Source: Bugula neritina (taxonomy: Eukaryota; Animalia; Bryozoa). Taken from it: a stretch of DNA of 64,000 nt. The notes under the pieces were generated by a model. That model ran no database searches, was not told the origin of the DNA, and saw only the letters and a program-made list of their open reading frames with translations. Shown one piece after another: positions 61,616 through 64,000 of this stretch. Both the position numbers and the translations under genes were made by a program. The DNA lies in the NCBI GenBank assembly GCA_964035545.1, contig OZ037767.1, positions 6,092,707-6,156,706 of the forward strand, written 5' to 3'. The first letter of the stretch is position 1; every line of letters starts with the position of its first letter.

Positions 61616-62906
61616 TATCATATACAGTGCTGGTCAAACGCTACATAAAATTACTGGCCATACATAACAAAGTGCTTTACAAATAGAATTAATTTTATAG
61701 TGGTTGACCTGGAGTCCTGGTATTAAATACCAAATAATATTTTAGCACTGATTTGTACTTTCAATATCGAACTCCTTTATAAGCCTTATTACTTATCTGT
61801 TAGCTGTGTTATTAACACCATTTTCACTGTTTCAGATGAATTTGCTTTCAAACATATAATTAGATTGCCAACATAAACCCTGTTGAGGTGACAACTACAC
61901 TCCCACAAGGACTGGTGAGTGCTAACCTTCAACACTTCTTAACACATAGCCAGATAAAGTAAGTCTTGTATATACATTATGCCTACTGGAGAATTACCAA
62001 CTAGAAAACCTATTTTCAGTAGTAGAACTACTCCCCAAGGCTGAAGTTGCGTTTATACCTATGCTGAAAAAATTACCGAGTTTCAGTTGATGACGCTTGT
62101 CCGGGTACCCCTTTATAGTCAAACTAAAAATCGGTGAAATCATATTGATGCGGAAGCTTACTTTCTAAAAGTGAAATCTGACTTGCCTAATCGCTATTAT
62201 GTGCTCTTTGTAAACATTGTGAATTGGTGAAGATGACAGCATAAAAACGATAATTGAGAAGGCGTAGGCGATATAGTTATTAACATATAAGTAGGTCATA
62301 TAATCACCAAAGTCATAACTAAATAACGATGTTTACAAGGAGTTATTACTTCTTTTGAGTATAATTCTAAAATTGGCCAATAGAATTATCACAATACAAA
62401 ATTTTTTACGAGTGGCTTTTACAATGCAATGCAACTCGGAGAAACTTTAACTCGGCCAAATTGAATTTCTGACTGAAAGTCGTGTAGGTATAGACGCAAC
62501 TTAACACGCATCCATCAGAATTATCTTTTTTAATACTAAAACCAATATCTGGAACTGAACTACCTATAGCTGAATTACATTCATTAGAAAGTAGGTTTTA
62601 GTATAATTACTATGAGAATTTACAAACTAAGATATACAAGCTAATTAGGATAAGAAGCCTATACTACATAATTAGGTGAGAAATAGATAAATAAATAATA
62701 AACTGGTACAGCAGCGACAATTAATTATCTAGGACTCAAATTTTAATAATTAGTTTAATTAAAAAAGCAGGAGACTCATTTCAGTATTGAATCTAATTAA
62801 TGAGAAAAATTTCCTGCTCCATTAACTAATATAATTAGAAATAGGAACTTGCCCTTCAGTAACTGGCATAATTAGAAAAAACTTGTTTATTATCCACAGT
62901 CCCACA

Positions 62907-63230
62907 TTAATTAATAACTAATAGCTTAATATGTGGCCCATGTGAGCGAGAGCATGTTTGTAGTATTTGACCTAGTGTAGCCGTATTGTTTGGGCCGCAA
63001 GTTGAACATTTATTGGAGTGGTCACGATCTATCCGATGCTTCCTGCTCGATGTGGCTACAAGGTTCCCTCTCAAGAGAGTTCCCCTTACGAGCTCTGCAC
63101 CACTGACTAGTTCAACATTGCCGGATAAGACCCAAACATGAGCCTTTGGTACTAGGTTGTGGTGGATCAGTCCACAACCATCCGCTGACTCATTGAATTT
63201 TTCCTCCCAGCTTTTAACTCTAGGCGGCAC
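62907..63230 (-). mobile_element. Fragment of an R2/NeSL-type (RLE) non-LTR retrotransposon ORF, zinc-knuckle region
   Basis: W...F.ESADGCGL...WVLSG...LRGNLVATSSRKHR...CSTCG...TLGQILQTCSRSHG matches the linker and CCHC knuckle (C..C...ETL.HILQ.C.RTHG) upstream of the restriction-like endonuclease. Truncated, with the knuckle His replaced by Gln. Confidence 0.7.
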
Positions 63231-63570
63231 CCTTTAACCCAGGGTACTTGACCTATTCAGAGAATGAACTGCACCTGGGCAAAGAAGCCAAAATTTGCGC
63301 TCCCCTATCGGCTTTTATGAAGGAGCCAATGGAAAACGCCCTCCTCGTACCTCATGAACTGCTCGATGTTCCGGCAACCAGAAATCTCAGCTGGCCCAGG
63401 AAGCAGCCTTCTCTGCTGAAACGTTCCAGCGGTTGGGGAAATTTTTTTCAAACTATTTCAACCTTTAGTTTATTGAGTAGTACTCTAAGGGATTTGAGAT
63501 GCCAGGAGAGTCTGAATACTAAAGGAGTAGTAGAGAAGCCAATGGATTTTGGAGAGCTGGGTAAGATTTA

Positions 63571-63645
63571 GTGCCGTGAAGTAATGGTTGGCACCCCTGC
63601 TTGTAAGCCGGAGGTCCTTGGTTCGAATCCAAGTAGGGAGCAGTT
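63571..63645 (+). mobile_element. tRNA-derived SINE head / tRNA pseudogene (Thr-TGT-like loop)
   Basis: A-box-like GTAATGGTTGG, loop CTTGTAA and perfect B box GGTTCGAATCC, but the acceptor and anticodon stems are mismatched. Confidence 0.55.
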
Positions 63646-64000
63646 ATTTTTCCGTTTTCAGAGCTGATAATTAAATTATCAACTGATTTTTGGTTTGCTA
63701 TAACTTAGAAACAGAAAGAATTACACCATGTTTAGCAATGACAGATTTTCCCTTTGACGGCCTCCCTCCAAGTTTTTTCTAAGCTGGAACTAATGCTCTC
63801 TAATTTTGGAGAGGTCTAAATTAATTAAACCTCCCTTAAAAGCAGATGCCAAATGTTTTTGACCTTTGTTGTCATCTGCCAGTTTTGACCTAAAAATAGG
63901 TATAAAAACTTTTTTCTGATATCCTCGCAGCTACAATCTTCAATGGCGGATCATGCTCAGCCTTTATTATAATTTCCGTCATCACGCTTTCACTTACGGC

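Noticed and set aside
63571-63645. Functional tRNA-Thr gene
   Set aside because: The acceptor and anticodon stems do not pair; more consistent with a SINE head or pseudogene.

Overview
AT-rich, intron-containing animal (invertebrate) genomic DNA. No prokaryotic features, rRNA, intact tRNA or CRISPR array were seen. Six protein-coding genes were reconstructed by hand from GT-AG junctions with consistent phase. (1) A 13-exon secreted HHIP-like protein (+, 170-10170). (2) A 7-exon SPRED-type EVH1 protein lacking the Sprouty domain (-, 23140-11367). (3) An SRSF4/5/6 (B52/SRp55-type) splicing factor (-, 28196-25267) with a candidate poison exon. (4) A small unknown 3-TM membrane protein (+, 30525-31624), head-to-head with the SRSF gene. 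(5) A long RIN/Sprint-like VPS9+RA protein (+, about 43032-55465) with a degenerate GEF active site and no visible SH2 domain. (6) TMEM42, with a single coding exon (-, 56402-55929). Introns and intergenic DNA hold minisatellites, two copies of a Tc1/pogo-type MITE, tRNA-derived SINEs and non-LTR retrotransposon relics. The most notable observations are a 27-bp minisatellite built from a 5' splice site that offers a ladder of in-frame donors in the SPRED-like gene, 3-bp-periodic A-N-T tracts flanking the CpG-containing promoter cores, the candidate SRSF poison exon, and a probable pseudo-GEF RIN protein. All family assignments come from remembered motifs; no database search was run.
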